Sequence record: NC_018087.3
Length of the DNA: 64,000 nt
Strand: one strand, 5' to 3'
Source: Acinetobacter phage ZZ1
Part shown: positions 22,415 to 32,606 of the stretch, one piece after another
How positions within the stretch are numbered: the stretch's first letter is position 1
Layout of the letters: every line of letters begins with the position of its first letter
Notes under the pieces: generated by a model
What the model was told of the DNA's origin: nothing
Databases searched by the model: none
Seen by the model: the letters and a program-made list of their open reading frames with translations, nothing else
Made by a program: the position numbers and the translations under genes

Positions 22415-23058
22415 TATAAAATCTCCATAAAGCTCTTAAACCCTTTTATAATATGAACATGTGATTTGCCACATGATTTACATTTAATTGGTACGGGTAA
22501 AACCGGTTTTGGTGTCAATAAAATATTTTTAATTTTTTGAAGATGATCTTCTGTTAATAATTCATATAAATCATTTAATTCAGTGTCATTTAAATCTTCA
22601 ATATTAATACGTTCTGTACCAATATAAATTGCCTCTATGCATTCAACAATCATTTTGGTAATATTATCATCAGCCCAAAGCTTTGGCCAACGTAGTTTTA
22701 ATTTAAATTTATCGATTGGATATAATTCTTCAATTGATACATCATTATAATCAATATAAGTATGGCTAACATTTAATTTAACACTTTGTGTATGTCCACA
22801 TTCGCATGTATAATCTTGCTGAACAATATCTTCATGTTCTGATGCTGCTATTAACATAATCAAAATTAATTCGGCTTGATGTTTTTCATTGTGCGTATAC
22901 GATGTATTGTTCATTAAAATATCGGAATATGCTTTTTTCAATAATTCGGAATCTGCATTTAGTTTTGCCAAATTTAATGCAGTATGTTCTCTCAATGTAT
23001 AAGTTTTAGCGTTAACAGATTCGGTATCAAGATTGATCGATAATTTTTTTTCAAACAT
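22414..23058 (-). CDS. 26: baseplate hub subunit gp26
   Basis: 214 aa against 208 in T4. Directly upstream of gp25 on the minus strand and divergent from gene 51, as in T4. Confidence 0.7.
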   Translation of the reverse strand: MFEKKLSINLDTESVNAKTYTLREHTALNLAKLNADSELLKKAYSDILMNNTSYTHNEKHQAELILIMLIAASEHEDIVQQDYTCECGHTQSVKLNVSHTYIDYNDVSIEELYPIDKFKLKLRWPKLWADDNITKMIVECIEAIYIGTERINIEDLNDTELNDLYELLTEDHLQKIKNILLTPKPVLPVPIKCKSCGKSHVHIIKGFKSFMEIL

Positions 23059-23083
23059 GGTAATGTTCTGCCTATAAATGGGT

Positions 23084-23095
23084 ATATATCTCTAT
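23084..23095. promoter_or_regulatory. palindromic TATTTATAAATA: back-to-back late promoters (TATAAATA on + at 23088..23095 for gene 51; on - at 23084..23091 for gene 26)
   Basis: Seen directly in the 67-bp divergent intergenic region. Confidence 0.55.
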
Positions 23096-23125
23096 TTATA
23101 AATATTTTAATAAACGGAGACCTCT

Positions 23126-23880
23126 ATGGCTAATATTATTAGATGTAAATTACCAGACGGCGTTCATCGTTTCAAACCATTTACTGTTGCTGATTACCGT
23201 GACTTTTTACTGGTTAGAAATGATATGGTCAGTAAAGACGAAGAAGAACAAGAAGTTTTGGTGAATGAGCTTGCTGCAGATTATTTTGGTGAATACCCAG
23301 AATCATGGCAGCATTATTTTTTTTTCAAGCCTTTACGGGATCAATTGGTAAAACTAAAATTCCAATTGTATTTGAATGTCCTGTATGCGGCAAAAAAACA
23401 AAGCGATTATTTAATTTGTCTCAGGGACCTTTAGATAACCCTAAAGTACAGTTAAATGACGATACTTATATTTCATTTAAATTTCCAGAAAATTTAGAAG
23501 ACGAACCAAGTCAATTGATATTAAAAAATGTAGATAAAATTGAATATCAAGGTTCTACTTATAATTGGATGGAATTATCGAAAGAAACACAAGATGCAAT
23601 AATTTCAATGATTAATTTTGAAAAGTTTGAAGCTATTGTTAAAATGTTAAAGCCCCTGCATTTTGAAATGAAATTAAAGTGCTGTGAAGAACATACCTTG
23701 GTTTATGATGATTTATGTTCTATTTTTAAATTATTAATAAATCCTGACGAAGTATTTCCATTTTATGAAATTAATCATATCTTAATTAAAAATAATTATG
23801 ATATTAATTCAATTATGGCAATGCTTCCAGCAGAACGTTCAATTGCTTTATCTTTGATTGAAAAGGATAATAAAAAATGA
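23126..23880 (+). CDS. 51: baseplate hub assembly catalyst gp51, split between two frames at a T9 run (23317..23325)
   Basis: ORFs 23126..23434 and 23305..23880 overlap in adjacent frames. The joined length is about 251 aa against 249 for T4 gp51. Conserved position between 26 and 27. Confidence 0.65.
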
Positions 23881-25466
23881 CAGTGCAACAAAAACCAGGA
23901 TATCCTAACGTTAGTATTAAGTTGTATGAAGATTATGATGCTTGGACGGATAATCGATTTGTAGAATTGGCTGCAACATTTACAACATTAACAATGCGTG
24001 ATGGTCTATACGGAAGAAACGAAGGTATCTTGCAATTTTATGATAATAAAAATATGCATATGAAAATGGATGGAGATCAAATTGTTCAGATTTCATTATC
24101 TAATGCAAATTCTAAAGATGTAGTAACTCGATTATATGGTGTTAAAGATAGTTCTGTTTCTGTTGATTCTAAAGGCGATAATATTATTGCGTTTAATTTA
24201 GCACCCTTACATGTTGTTGAAAATGTGTTATTTAGCAGAGCATTTTTTGCTAATGCTACTGAAACTATTCAAACTATGATCGATTCAATTTATCAGAAAC
24301 GTGCCGAGATTAAGCCTAAAGTAGAAGGTATTAACATTTATGTACCTCGTGTTGCTTGGGTTAATGGTATTACTGAATATATGGATTATGTTCGTGAAAT
24401 TGGTATTTCTGTTGATTCGGAAACACATGCCTTTGTTTGGGAAGATATTTCTGGTATTAATATTACTGATTATAAATTTTTAATTGATCAAAAACCTCGC
24501 GTTATGGTTGTCGGGGATCAAAAACAAGTCGGTTCTTATGTTCAGCATATGGAATATGGTCTGGCTTATGATTTTACATGGTTAACTAAAACAAATCGCA
24601 ATATACGCAACCCTTTAACTGATGTTACAATATATTCACATTCATTTAATGATAAAGAAATTCAGCGTATTTCAATTGGAGAAGGTACAAATACTGTTGT
24701 TGTATCTCGTTCTGGTGGATATTCTGAAATGACATATCGTAATGGATATGAAGAGGCCTTTAGATTATTAACAATGGCCCAATATGATGGTTATGCTACA
24801 TGCAAATTAGTTGGTGATTTTACTTTAACGCCTGGTGTCAAATTGAATTTCGGCGATCGTAAAAATCAATTCGCTACTGATTTTTATATTGATGAAGTCG
24901 TACATGTTATTACAAATAATTCATCAGAGACACATTTATACATGTTTACTAATGGTAAAGACTTAGTTCCTGTTGAAATTGAAAAAATTAAAAATGAAAT
25001 CGAAACTATCACACCGCCTTCAGATACAACACAACCAGAAGCGATGGGTGATAAGAAAGGTGCTCAATGGGATTTAGATAAATTGGCCGAAGTTGTCACA
25101 AGAAATGCTCAAGGACGTAAAGCTACTGGTAAATGTGCATTGTATGTTCGTAAGGCATTACAGGCAGCACAATTGCAAAGTTTCTTTGCCGGTGGTTTAG
25201 GAAATGCAAATGAAATGGCTAAACCTCTTGAAAATATGGGCTGGATTGCTGTTGGTCAAAATGTTAAAAACGTTAAAAAAGGCGATATTTCAATATTCAT
25301 GAAAACTAATACCCCATTAGGTTCACAGTATGGACATATTGCGATCTTTAATGGAAGTCAATGGGTGTCAGATTTTATTCAAAATAGTGTACAACCTAAT
25401 TCAAAAGATAACTTAACTTATACAGTTTATAGAGCACGTTATGGTTATAGTGCGGGAGGTAATTAA
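23877..25466 (+). CDS. 27: baseplate hub subunit gp27 with a C-terminal ~135-aa CHAP/NlpC-P60-like extension
   Basis: The first ~390 aa are collinear with T4 gp27 (YPN.S.KL...YDAW..NRFVELAAT.TTLTMRD.LYGRNEG.LQFYD.KN, SEMTYRNGYEEA.RL.TMAQYDGYA, HLYMFTN). The extra C-terminal domain carries a Cys (GKCALYVRKAL) and a GHIAIFNG His motif. Confidence 0.9.
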   Translation: MTVQQKPGYPNVSIKLYEDYDAWTDNRFVELAATFTTLTMRDGLYGRNEGILQFYDNKNMHMKMDGDQIVQISLSNANSKDVVTRLYGVKDSSVSVDSKGDNIIAFNLAPLHVVENVLFSRAFFANATETIQTMIDSIYQKRAEIKPKVEGINIYVPRVAWVNGITEYMDYVREIGISVDSETHAFVWEDISGINITDYKFLIDQKPRVMVVGDQKQVGSYVQHMEYGLAYDFTWLTKTNRNIRNPLTDVTIYSHSFNDKEIQRISIGEGTNTVVVSRSGGYSEMTYRNGYEEAFRLLTMAQYDGYATCKLVGDFTLTPGVKLNFGDRKNQFATDFYIDEVVHVITNNSSETHLYMFTNGKDLVPVEIEKIKNEIETITPPSDTTQPEAMGDKKGAQWDLDKLAEVVTRNAQGRKATGKCALYVRKALQAAQLQSFFAGGLGNANEMAKPLENMGWIAVGQNVKNVKKGDISIFMKTNTPLGSQYGHIAIFNGSQWVSDFIQNSVQPNSKDNLTYTVYRARYGYSAGGN

Positions 25467-26026
25467 TGCAAGGTATTCATTTAAATATTGTACCGGAAAC
25501 TAAACAGCTAAATGTAAACGGTAAAACTATTAAAGTCCCAAAGCTGGGACTTAAGCATAGATTACTTTTAAAGCCAAATGAAAATCATGAAGAGTCAATG
25601 AAAACATTATTAGCTTCTATTGCTCCTAATTTATCCATGGCAGAGCGTGATCTATTAACTATACATTTACTAGCGTATAATGGTAAGATTCCAAATACGG
25701 TCATTAAGGACGGTCATACGTATTCTATTGAAGATGTGTATATATGCCAGAAATTAAAATTCACATATGGTGATTACGAGTTCAAATTTAGATCACCTAC
25801 ATTTGAACTTTTGAAAGGTCCGGCCGATATACTGCTAAGTCAATGTTGTGTATATGTTAAAAAGAATGATGAAAAAATACAAGTGCCTGATTTTATGGAT
25901 TTGCCTCCATTTGTCATTAATTGGGTGGAACAAATTACAAAAACGATTGCTATTGATGGTCCAAACGGACCAATTAAAGGCCTTTATGAATTAGTGGAGT
26001 TATTCGATGGACCAACCAGCTCGTAA
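25466..26026 (+). CDS. 28: baseplate hub distal subunit gp28
   Basis: 186 aa against 177 in T4; synteny 27 then 28 then 29. Confidence 0.7.
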   Translation: MQGIHLNIVPETKQLNVNGKTIKVPKLGLKHRLLLKPNENHEESMKTLLASIAPNLSMAERDLLTIHLLAYNGKIPNTVIKDGHTYSIEDVYICQKLKFTYGDYEFKFRSPTFELLKGPADILLSQCCVYVKKNDEKIQVPDFMDLPPFVINWVEQITKTIAIDGPNGPIKGLYELVELFDGPTSS

Positions 26027-27764
26027 TATTAATAGCTTGCGTAGACAGGCTATTCCTGCCGCAAATGATGAAAACTTATCAGAAACTAGTTCATTACGTC
26101 GCGAAGTGCTTTTGGCCAATCAGACTAAAGCACAACAAATGCAAGCTGAAGCCGCAAATGATGAGGTAACAGAGTCTGAACGCCAAACGGAAGCATCTGA
26201 AACCCAAGTTAAACAAAATATTGATCAAATTGTAAATCAAAAAACTCAAATTGATCAAGGTGCTATAGGTAATTTATCATTATCAGAGATTTCATCTAAT
26301 ACGGGTGAAATGAATATTAAATTAGCCGCTTTAAGCGAACGACTTAAAGAAAAATATGAGGCTGCTAATGATGCTACTGTTGATTTACCGGTTAAGGCCG
26401 AAGAACCTACTACATCAGAAAGTTTAAGTAGTAGAATTTCACCCGAAGACACAAATAACAATGTTATTCCTTCAGTAGTAGCCGATGACCCAAAGCCATC
26501 AAAAGATCTTTTAGAAAGTACCAATGAAGTTAAAGGTGCACCCTCATTAGGGCCGGCTGCAATGATTGTCTCAGGACTTCAAACTTTAACAGGTGCAGTT
26601 AAAACAGGCTTTGCTAAATCCAAATCTGTTAGTGATAAAATTGCGGGTATGCTTTTTAAATATACTGTAACTCAAGCCGTCAATGCTGCTAAAATTGCTT
26701 TGGCTGTATTTGGAATTATCTTAGCGTTAGATTTACTTAAAATGGCATGGAATGCCTGGGGCGAAAAAATAATGGCTAAGTTTGAAGAATGGACTCAAAC
26801 GTTTTCTAAATGGTGGGATAATTTTAAAGAATGGTCTACATATTTTTCTGATATGAAATATGCCTTTGAGGGTATGCAAGGCGATTTAATGGGTATCAGA
26901 AATGCTTGGGAATCTGGCGATTGGCCTGCATTAGCTTCTGCAATTGGCACTGCTTTTGTGGATGGGATAAAAACTTTAAGTGGTATTATGGATCGAGTGA
27001 TAACAAAATTAATCGCTACAATTTTGAATAAACTTGGGTTTAAAGACACTGCAAAATCTATCGAAGCTGAAGGCTTGCAAAGATATCAGAATATGACTAA
27101 TAATAAGTTAGACCCTGAAAATCAGCAAAAACTGGCAGAAGAACAACTTAAACGTGAAAAGAAAGACGGTCTTACTTCTACTCAAAGAGGCGTAACATCA
27201 TTTTTACCAGATTCATGGCGAGAGAAACTCGGTTTTATTACTAAAAATGAGCATTCTCAAATTGAAGCTGAAAAGAAAGACCAGAAGGCTCGACAATCTC
27301 TTAGTAAAGATGATCAAGTTAAAGTGGTTGCTGCTAGTAATGAAGCCAGAGAAGCTGTGGCTAGATTAGAAAATATTGCAGTCAATGCTGATCCAAATAA
27401 TAAAGGCCAAATGGCTACTTTGGATAAATACAGAAAAGAAGCTCAAAATTATATAAATAATCCTGCTTTGTCAAAATCACCTAATGTTAAAGCTGAATTA
27501 CAAAATCAATTAGATCGTTTGACACCAAAACAATCTGTCAAAAATACAGTAACGCCTGAAACATCAACTGCGAGCAAAGACGTTCAAACAGCAAAAAATA
27601 TTCAAATTGCAGAAGCCCAAAAGGCTAAAACAAATGCTGTTCAGAACAATAATACAGCAAATGTTCAGAACAATATTGTTAAATCTAGTCGACAATATAA
27701 TGTTCAAGCCCCTATTACAGGTACTGCGGCACCAGGTATTTTTAAGGCAACAGGTGTAAATTAA
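26007..27764 (+). CDS. 29: baseplate hub subunit / tail length determinant gp29
   Basis: 585 aa against 590 in T4; Gln/Ala-rich and helical; conserved position. Confidence 0.75.
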   Translation: MDQPARNINSLRRQAIPAANDENLSETSSLRREVLLANQTKAQQMQAEAANDEVTESERQTEASETQVKQNIDQIVNQKTQIDQGAIGNLSLSEISSNTGEMNIKLAALSERLKEKYEAANDATVDLPVKAEEPTTSESLSSRISPEDTNNNVIPSVVADDPKPSKDLLESTNEVKGAPSLGPAAMIVSGLQTLTGAVKTGFAKSKSVSDKIAGMLFKYTVTQAVNAAKIALAVFGIILALDLLKMAWNAWGEKIMAKFEEWTQTFSKWWDNFKEWSTYFSDMKYAFEGMQGDLMGIRNAWESGDWPALASAIGTAFVDGIKTLSGIMDRVITKLIATILNKLGFKDTAKSIEAEGLQRYQNMTNNKLDPENQQKLAEEQLKREKKDGLTSTQRGVTSFLPDSWREKLGFITKNEHSQIEAEKKDQKARQSLSKDDQVKVVAASNEAREAVARLENIAVNADPNNKGQMATLDKYRKEAQNYINNPALSKSPNVKAELQNQLDRLTPKQSVKNTVTPETSTASKDVQTAKNIQIAEAQKAKTNAVQNNNTANVQNNIVKSSRQYNVQAPITGTAAPGIFKATGVN

Positions 27765-27774
27765 GGTTAATTAT

Positions 27775-28857
27775 ATGCAAGTTAAAGAGTTAACAAGTGA
27801 CTTTATGGCCAAAGCCGGTAGTATTATTTCTGCCGGGCAAAGTCAAAAGTCGAAAGAAACAAAAACTAAAATTATGACCGCTCAGTTTCCAGCTGAGCGT
27901 GCTGCTAGTGTTGATACAACAAATGCTGCGGAAGTAGGACAAAATTATCAAAATGGCTTACTTTTTACTGCATACGAGTACACATCTAGAACAACACCTG
28001 ATTTAAGATCAATGCGACAACGTGTTCAAAAATCATACAAAGTTTTAGAAAGTACTCAAAAAATACTTTCTGCTGTTGCGGGAGTATCTGGCCAAACTGA
28101 AGGCCGTTCTACAAGTAAAGCACCAGTTGCAAATATTTTAATGCCTAGATCAAAAACAGATTCAGATAATACATCTCATAAATTTAATGATGTTGGAGAA
28201 TCTTTAATCACTCGTGGTAACGGTTCACCGACAGGTATTTTATCTAATATGGCATCAACTGCTGTATTTGGTGCAATTGAATCTGCAACACAAGGCGCAA
28301 TGGCTGATCATGGTGAACAAATCTATAACACATCAAGATCAATGTATGCAGGCGCTGAAAATCGTACTAAAACATATTCTTGGGATTTAACACCAAGAAC
28401 ACCAGAAGATTTAAGCCAAATTTTAAAGATTTATGAAATTTTTAATTATCTGTCATATGGTATGACCGGCAATTCGGCTTTTGCAAAATCAATTAAAGAT
28501 GAAATTGATAATTGGTATAAGAAGACATTTATTAAGCCAATTAATGATGCGACCGGAACAACAACACAGTCAACCGTAATGGAATCAGTTACAAGCTTTT
28601 TATCCAATGTAATTGTTGTTTCAAATCCAACAGTATGGTTTATTCAAAATTTTGGTACGCAATCAAAATATGATGGTCTTGCCGATATTTTTGGACCAGC
28701 CCAGATTTCTAATATTAGATTTGAAAAGACATCTGATGGTAATTTTAATGGGTTGGCCATTGCACCAAATATGCCTTCAACTTTTGTGTTGGAAGTTACA
28801 TTTCGTGAAATTCTTACTCTTAATAGAGCATCATTATATGGTGAGGACGTATTATGA
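27775..28857 (+). CDS. 48: baseplate tail tube cap gp48
   Basis: 360 aa against 364 in T4; conserved position. Confidence 0.75.
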   Translation: MQVKELTSDFMAKAGSIISAGQSQKSKETKTKIMTAQFPAERAASVDTTNAAEVGQNYQNGLLFTAYEYTSRTTPDLRSMRQRVQKSYKVLESTQKILSAVAGVSGQTEGRSTSKAPVANILMPRSKTDSDNTSHKFNDVGESLITRGNGSPTGILSNMASTAVFGAIESATQGAMADHGEQIYNTSRSMYAGAENRTKTYSWDLTPRTPEDLSQILKIYEIFNYLSYGMTGNSAFAKSIKDEIDNWYKKTFIKPINDATGTTTQSTVMESVTSFLSNVIVVSNPTVWFIQNFGTQSKYDGLADIFGPAQISNIRFEKTSDGNFNGLAIAPNMPSTFVLEVTFREILTLNRASLYGEDVL

Positions 28858-29744
28858 AAAATACTGCTATTGCATTTACACTTGATGAATTCAATAATCA
28901 AATTGGTAATTTTGATTTTCAACGTACCAATATGTTTTCTATGCATTTTGCAACTCGTCCAGCATCAAAGTCACAAGAATATCTAGGTACAATTTCACAA
29001 AAATCAAATGATAGCATTATGTCTACTCTTGAGGCTATGGGAGTTACAAACGATAGTATCCAAAATGCAATTGCATCTATAATTACAATAGGTACTCAAA
29101 AGATTGTAAGAAAATCTGGTGTAACTAAAATACTTATGGGTGCAATGACTAATCGTGTTGTTCAGTCTCTTTTAGGTGAATTAAAAGTTGGAACATATTT
29201 GCTTGATTACTTTGATCAAGCATTTCCAACATCAGGTTTAATGGTTCAATCTTGTAAAATACCTGATAACCATTTAAATTATGAAATGGACCGTCAGCAT
29301 AATGCACCCAATATCAAAATTACAGGTCGTGATTTTGAGCCTCTTGTTATAACTTTCCGTATGGATGCGACTGCATCCAACCATCGAGCAATGAATGATT
29401 GGGTAAATGCAGTTGAGGACCCTATTACTGGCCTTAGAGCTTTACCTATTGATGTAGAAGCAGATATCCAGATCAATCTACATAATAGAAAAGGATATCC
29501 TCACACGGCATATATGTTTTCTGGGTGTATTCCAATGATTGTAGGAGGTCCGCAAGTATCATATGAAGATAATAATCAAATTACAACATTTGACGTTACT
29601 TTTGCTTATAGATCAATGCAAGCAGGTGCAGTAGGATTAGAAGCTGCAAGAGCATGGATGGAAGACACAACTATTGATATTTCAAAAGGTCAAGTGAGCC
29701 CCAATATGAATGCAATCCCGCCACAGCAATCAAGATTGCGTTAA
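28854..29744 (+). CDS. 54: baseplate tail tube initiator gp54
   Basis: 296 aa against 320 in T4; conserved position upstream of alt. Confidence 0.75.
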   Translation: MKNTAIAFTLDEFNNQIGNFDFQRTNMFSMHFATRPASKSQEYLGTISQKSNDSIMSTLEAMGVTNDSIQNAIASIITIGTQKIVRKSGVTKILMGAMTNRVVQSLLGELKVGTYLLDYFDQAFPTSGLMVQSCKIPDNHLNYEMDRQHNAPNIKITGRDFEPLVITFRMDATASNHRAMNDWVNAVEDPITGLRALPIDVEADIQINLHNRKGYPHTAYMFSGCIPMIVGGPQVSYEDNNQITTFDVTFAYRSMQAGAVGLEAARAWMEDTTIDISKGQVSPNMNAIPPQQSRLR

Positions 29745-29769
29745 ATAAATTTAAATTGGAGAATATAAA

Positions 29770-30430
29770 ATGTTTGATCTTTTAACAGAAACTCAATTAA
29801 ATGAAATTTTTGATGCGGATACACCAGGTGTCGTGTATCCTGTTGAAAATCTAACACCTAATGCAAAAGTACCACAAATGTTACATATGAAAGTACCGGG
29901 CACTAATGATTTAATTATTAGATTGACTCATTTGGATACAATAGGTACTCGTGTAAAAGCTGTGCAGCCAAATGATAAAACAGTTCAAGTCTTTTTAATG
30001 TCATTATCAGATAAGGGCAATATTACTGATTTTAGAGGTGGTTTAGGTACTGATCCAGTTGGTGCAATTAATACAATGTTTGCAACTGTAATGGATATTT
30101 CTAAAAAATATCACTTCGAATCGGTTTTATTCAGATTCACTAGAACAAAAATGAAAGGTAAATCTGAACAGGCTAAACGTGTTTTATCTCGTTTAATTAA
30201 GCAAAGATCAGGAGGACGATATACTACTTTAGAAGAAGTAACTCGATCGGAATCCAAAAAGTTTGATTTCGCTTTGGCTATAAAGAAAAATTCTGATTTA
30301 TTAGATGATATTGCTTCTTCTGCTAAGGGATATCAAAAAGTTGAAACTAAAGCCGGTATTACATATATTAATGACAACACTGGTAATCAAGTAACTAAAG
30401 CTGAAGTTGTCGCTGATGTATTAACATCCC
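29770..30430 (+). repeat. direct repeat copy A of the Alt N-terminal domain (about 220 codons); copy B is 31917..32580
   Basis: The two proteins are about 70% identical over ~200 aa (LTHLDT.GTRVKAVQP.DKTVQVFLMSLS.KGNITDFRGGLGTDPVGAINT). Confidence 0.8.
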
Positions 30431-31857
30431 AATCTGCTAAAATTACAGATCAACAAATTGCAGCAAAATCTAAAATTTCCAGACGAGCAGCATTTGATGC
30501 AATGTATAATGTCGGAACAGAATTTTCAGCTAAACGTAATGAAACTAATGAAGCGACATTCCAAGAGTTAAAAAATACTGTTCCTATTACGCCTGCAACT
30601 CGTCCGGAATCAATAGTTTTTAGACATATTGCAAATAAAATTAAATATAAAAGTTATGCAGATTCTTTGCGTAATTGGAACCCAAAAGAAGTTAAGTACG
30701 GTCCTGGTAATTTAAATGCAGAAACATTCTTAAGCATGATGGCCGATGTTTTTAAAACCACACCTGCGAACATTTTTAAATTGTTTCAAGAACATGTCGA
30801 TGCATTTGCTGATATTGTTGAGCAGACGGACCCACGAGATACAAATGCAACTGTCGTTAAAATTGCAAATTATTTTTCATCTGGTAGATTTGCAGAATTA
30901 GATTTTGATGATAGACAAACATTAATCAAAGGCGCTGTATACACTTTTATTCATTACATTTCAAATGATATAAGAGAAGCTTATAGTGATTATACAATAG
31001 GTGAAATTTCAGCAGAAACCAAATATACTGATGAAGATATTAAAGCTATTCAGTCATATACTGGCAATCGATATGTAGAAATGAACGACTTTTTGACTGG
31101 CAGTCGTCCAAATATTAGTCCTGCGACATTGGCTGAAATTAAAACATTAGATAATATTTTTGTGAATAAAGGTGATACTTTACCAAAAGGCACTAAAGTT
31201 TACCGCGGGATGTCAATGAAGGTTCCGCAACTTAAAACGGTTGTAGAATCAAAAATTATGTATTTTGCTAATATTGTATCCACATCATTACTGCCTGTAA
31301 TTTATAACGGGGCCTTTGCTGCAGTACATCCTACAATTGATAATGCGTCTACTGACATTACAAATTTAGATACAATTGAAGATGTATTGGGTTCAAAATT
31401 GTATACTCCAGACGATGCATATGATTATAAACGTCATGGCGAAATTGGTAAAACTATTTCATTAGGTATGGTTATTTCAGGTGTTGATAAAATTAACTGT
31501 ATTGTTCCCGGGAATGTTTCATCATATTCTCACGAGTGCGAAGTTATGTTACCTCGCGGTACAGCAATGCGAATTATAAAGTTTATGGCGCCACCTGAAG
31601 ATTCTGATGGTTGGGCTGCAACCGGTCTTATGTACTTAGATATAATTGAGCCTGATCAACTTACAGAATCAATGGAATTTATTGATGGAGATAAATTCTT
31701 AGCCGAAGGCGTTTTAGAACCTATCTCATTTAGTAATATGTTTAATACTAGACATAAAATATTAACCGAGTCATTAACACCAGATAATGAAATGTCTAAA
31801 GATTTATTATTAAGCTGTATTAATATGAATCAAGTTCCAGATAGATTTATGCGTTAA
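29770..31857 (+). CDS. alt: Alt ADP-ribosyltransferase (capsid-packaged, injected with DNA in T4)
   Basis: 695 aa against 682 for T4 Alt. Shares N-terminal LTHLDT..TRVKAVQP blocks and KISRRA, and the R-S-E ART motifs: YTGNRY, LPKGTKVYRG (Arg), YFANIVSTS (STS), ECEVMLPRGT (catalytic Glu). The C-terminus EPDQLTESMEFIDGDKFLAEG matches the T4 Alt C-terminus. Confidence 0.85.
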   Translation: MFDLLTETQLNEIFDADTPGVVYPVENLTPNAKVPQMLHMKVPGTNDLIIRLTHLDTIGTRVKAVQPNDKTVQVFLMSLSDKGNITDFRGGLGTDPVGAINTMFATVMDISKKYHFESVLFRFTRTKMKGKSEQAKRVLSRLIKQRSGGRYTTLEEVTRSESKKFDFALAIKKNSDLLDDIASSAKGYQKVETKAGITYINDNTGNQVTKAEVVADVLTSQSAKITDQQIAAKSKISRRAAFDAMYNVGTEFSAKRNETNEATFQELKNTVPITPATRPESIVFRHIANKIKYKSYADSLRNWNPKEVKYGPGNLNAETFLSMMADVFKTTPANIFKLFQEHVDAFADIVEQTDPRDTNATVVKIANYFSSGRFAELDFDDRQTLIKGAVYTFIHYISNDIREAYSDYTIGEISAETKYTDEDIKAIQSYTGNRYVEMNDFLTGSRPNISPATLAEIKTLDNIFVNKGDTLPKGTKVYRGMSMKVPQLKTVVESKIMYFANIVSTSLLPVIYNGAFAAVHPTIDNASTDITNLDTIEDVLGSKLYTPDDAYDYKRHGEIGKTISLGMVISGVDKINCIVPGNVSSYSHECEVMLPRGTAMRIIKFMAPPEDSDGWAATGLMYLDIIEPDQLTESMEFIDGDKFLAEGVLEPISFSNMFNTRHKILTESLTPDNEMSKDLLLSCINMNQVPDRFMR

Positions 31858-31860
31858 AAG

Positions 31861-31889
31861 AAAGGGCCCTTCATGGGCCCTTTCTTTAT
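31861..31889 (+). terminator. terminator hairpin (AAAGGGCCC-TTCAT-GGGCCCTTT) after alt, overlapped by the late promoter TATAAATA at 31877..31884
   Basis: Seen directly. Confidence 0.6.
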
Positions 31890-31916
31890 AAATAGAATAT
31901 AGCTAGGAGAAATAAC

Positions 31917-32606
31917 ATGTTATTAGAAAATATGACAATTGATCAATTAAACGAAGTTTTTGACGCCGATAATTTGGGTACAATTTATCCCGTTCAAGAT
32001 TTAACCCCAAAGGCAAAAGTACCTCAAATGCTTCATATTAAAGTGCCTGGTACTAATGATCTATTAGTTCGATTAACTCATTTGGATACTGTTGGGACTC
32101 GTGTAAAAGCAGTTCAACCTGGTGATAAAACCGTTCAAGTGTTTTTAATGTCACTATCTGAAAAAGGAAATATTACAGACTTTCGTGGTGGTTTAGGTAC
32201 CGATCCAGTTGGTGCAATTAATACTATTTTTACAACCGTTTTAGATATTTCTAAAAAATTTAGATTTGATTCCGTATTATTCCGTATCCCTAAAAATAAA
32301 ATGAAAGGTCAAGAACGTGCGGTACAACGAGTTCTTTCAAGATTAATTAAAAATCGTTCAGGTGGTCGTTTCACAACATTAGATGAAATTGAACGCGATG
32401 AATCAAAGAAATTTAGTTTTGTAATGGCGTATCGTAAAAATTCAGATGTTTTAGATCAAGTCCCATTATCGGATAATATTGAAAAAGTTGAGACTAAGGC
32501 AGGTGATACTTTTATTGATAAAGATACTGGAAAGCAAGTTTCTAAGGCAGAGGCGGTGGCTTCCGAAATTGTTAAAAAAGCTGAAAAGATTACAACAAAA
32601 ATGTAA
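31917..32606 (+). CDS. Alt paralog, N-terminal domain ORF (229 aa); upstream half of a frameshifted alt-like gene
   Basis: About 70% identical to the Alt N-terminus. Ends with KITTKM* where Alt continues. The downstream frame continues the homology. Confidence 0.75.
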   Translation: MLLENMTIDQLNEVFDADNLGTIYPVQDLTPKAKVPQMLHIKVPGTNDLLVRLTHLDTVGTRVKAVQPGDKTVQVFLMSLSEKGNITDFRGGLGTDPVGAINTIFTTVLDISKKFRFDSVLFRIPKNKMKGQERAVQRVLSRLIKNRSGGRFTTLDEIERDESKKFSFVMAYRKNSDVLDQVPLSDNIEKVETKAGDTFIDKDTGKQVSKAEAVASEIVKKAEKITTKM

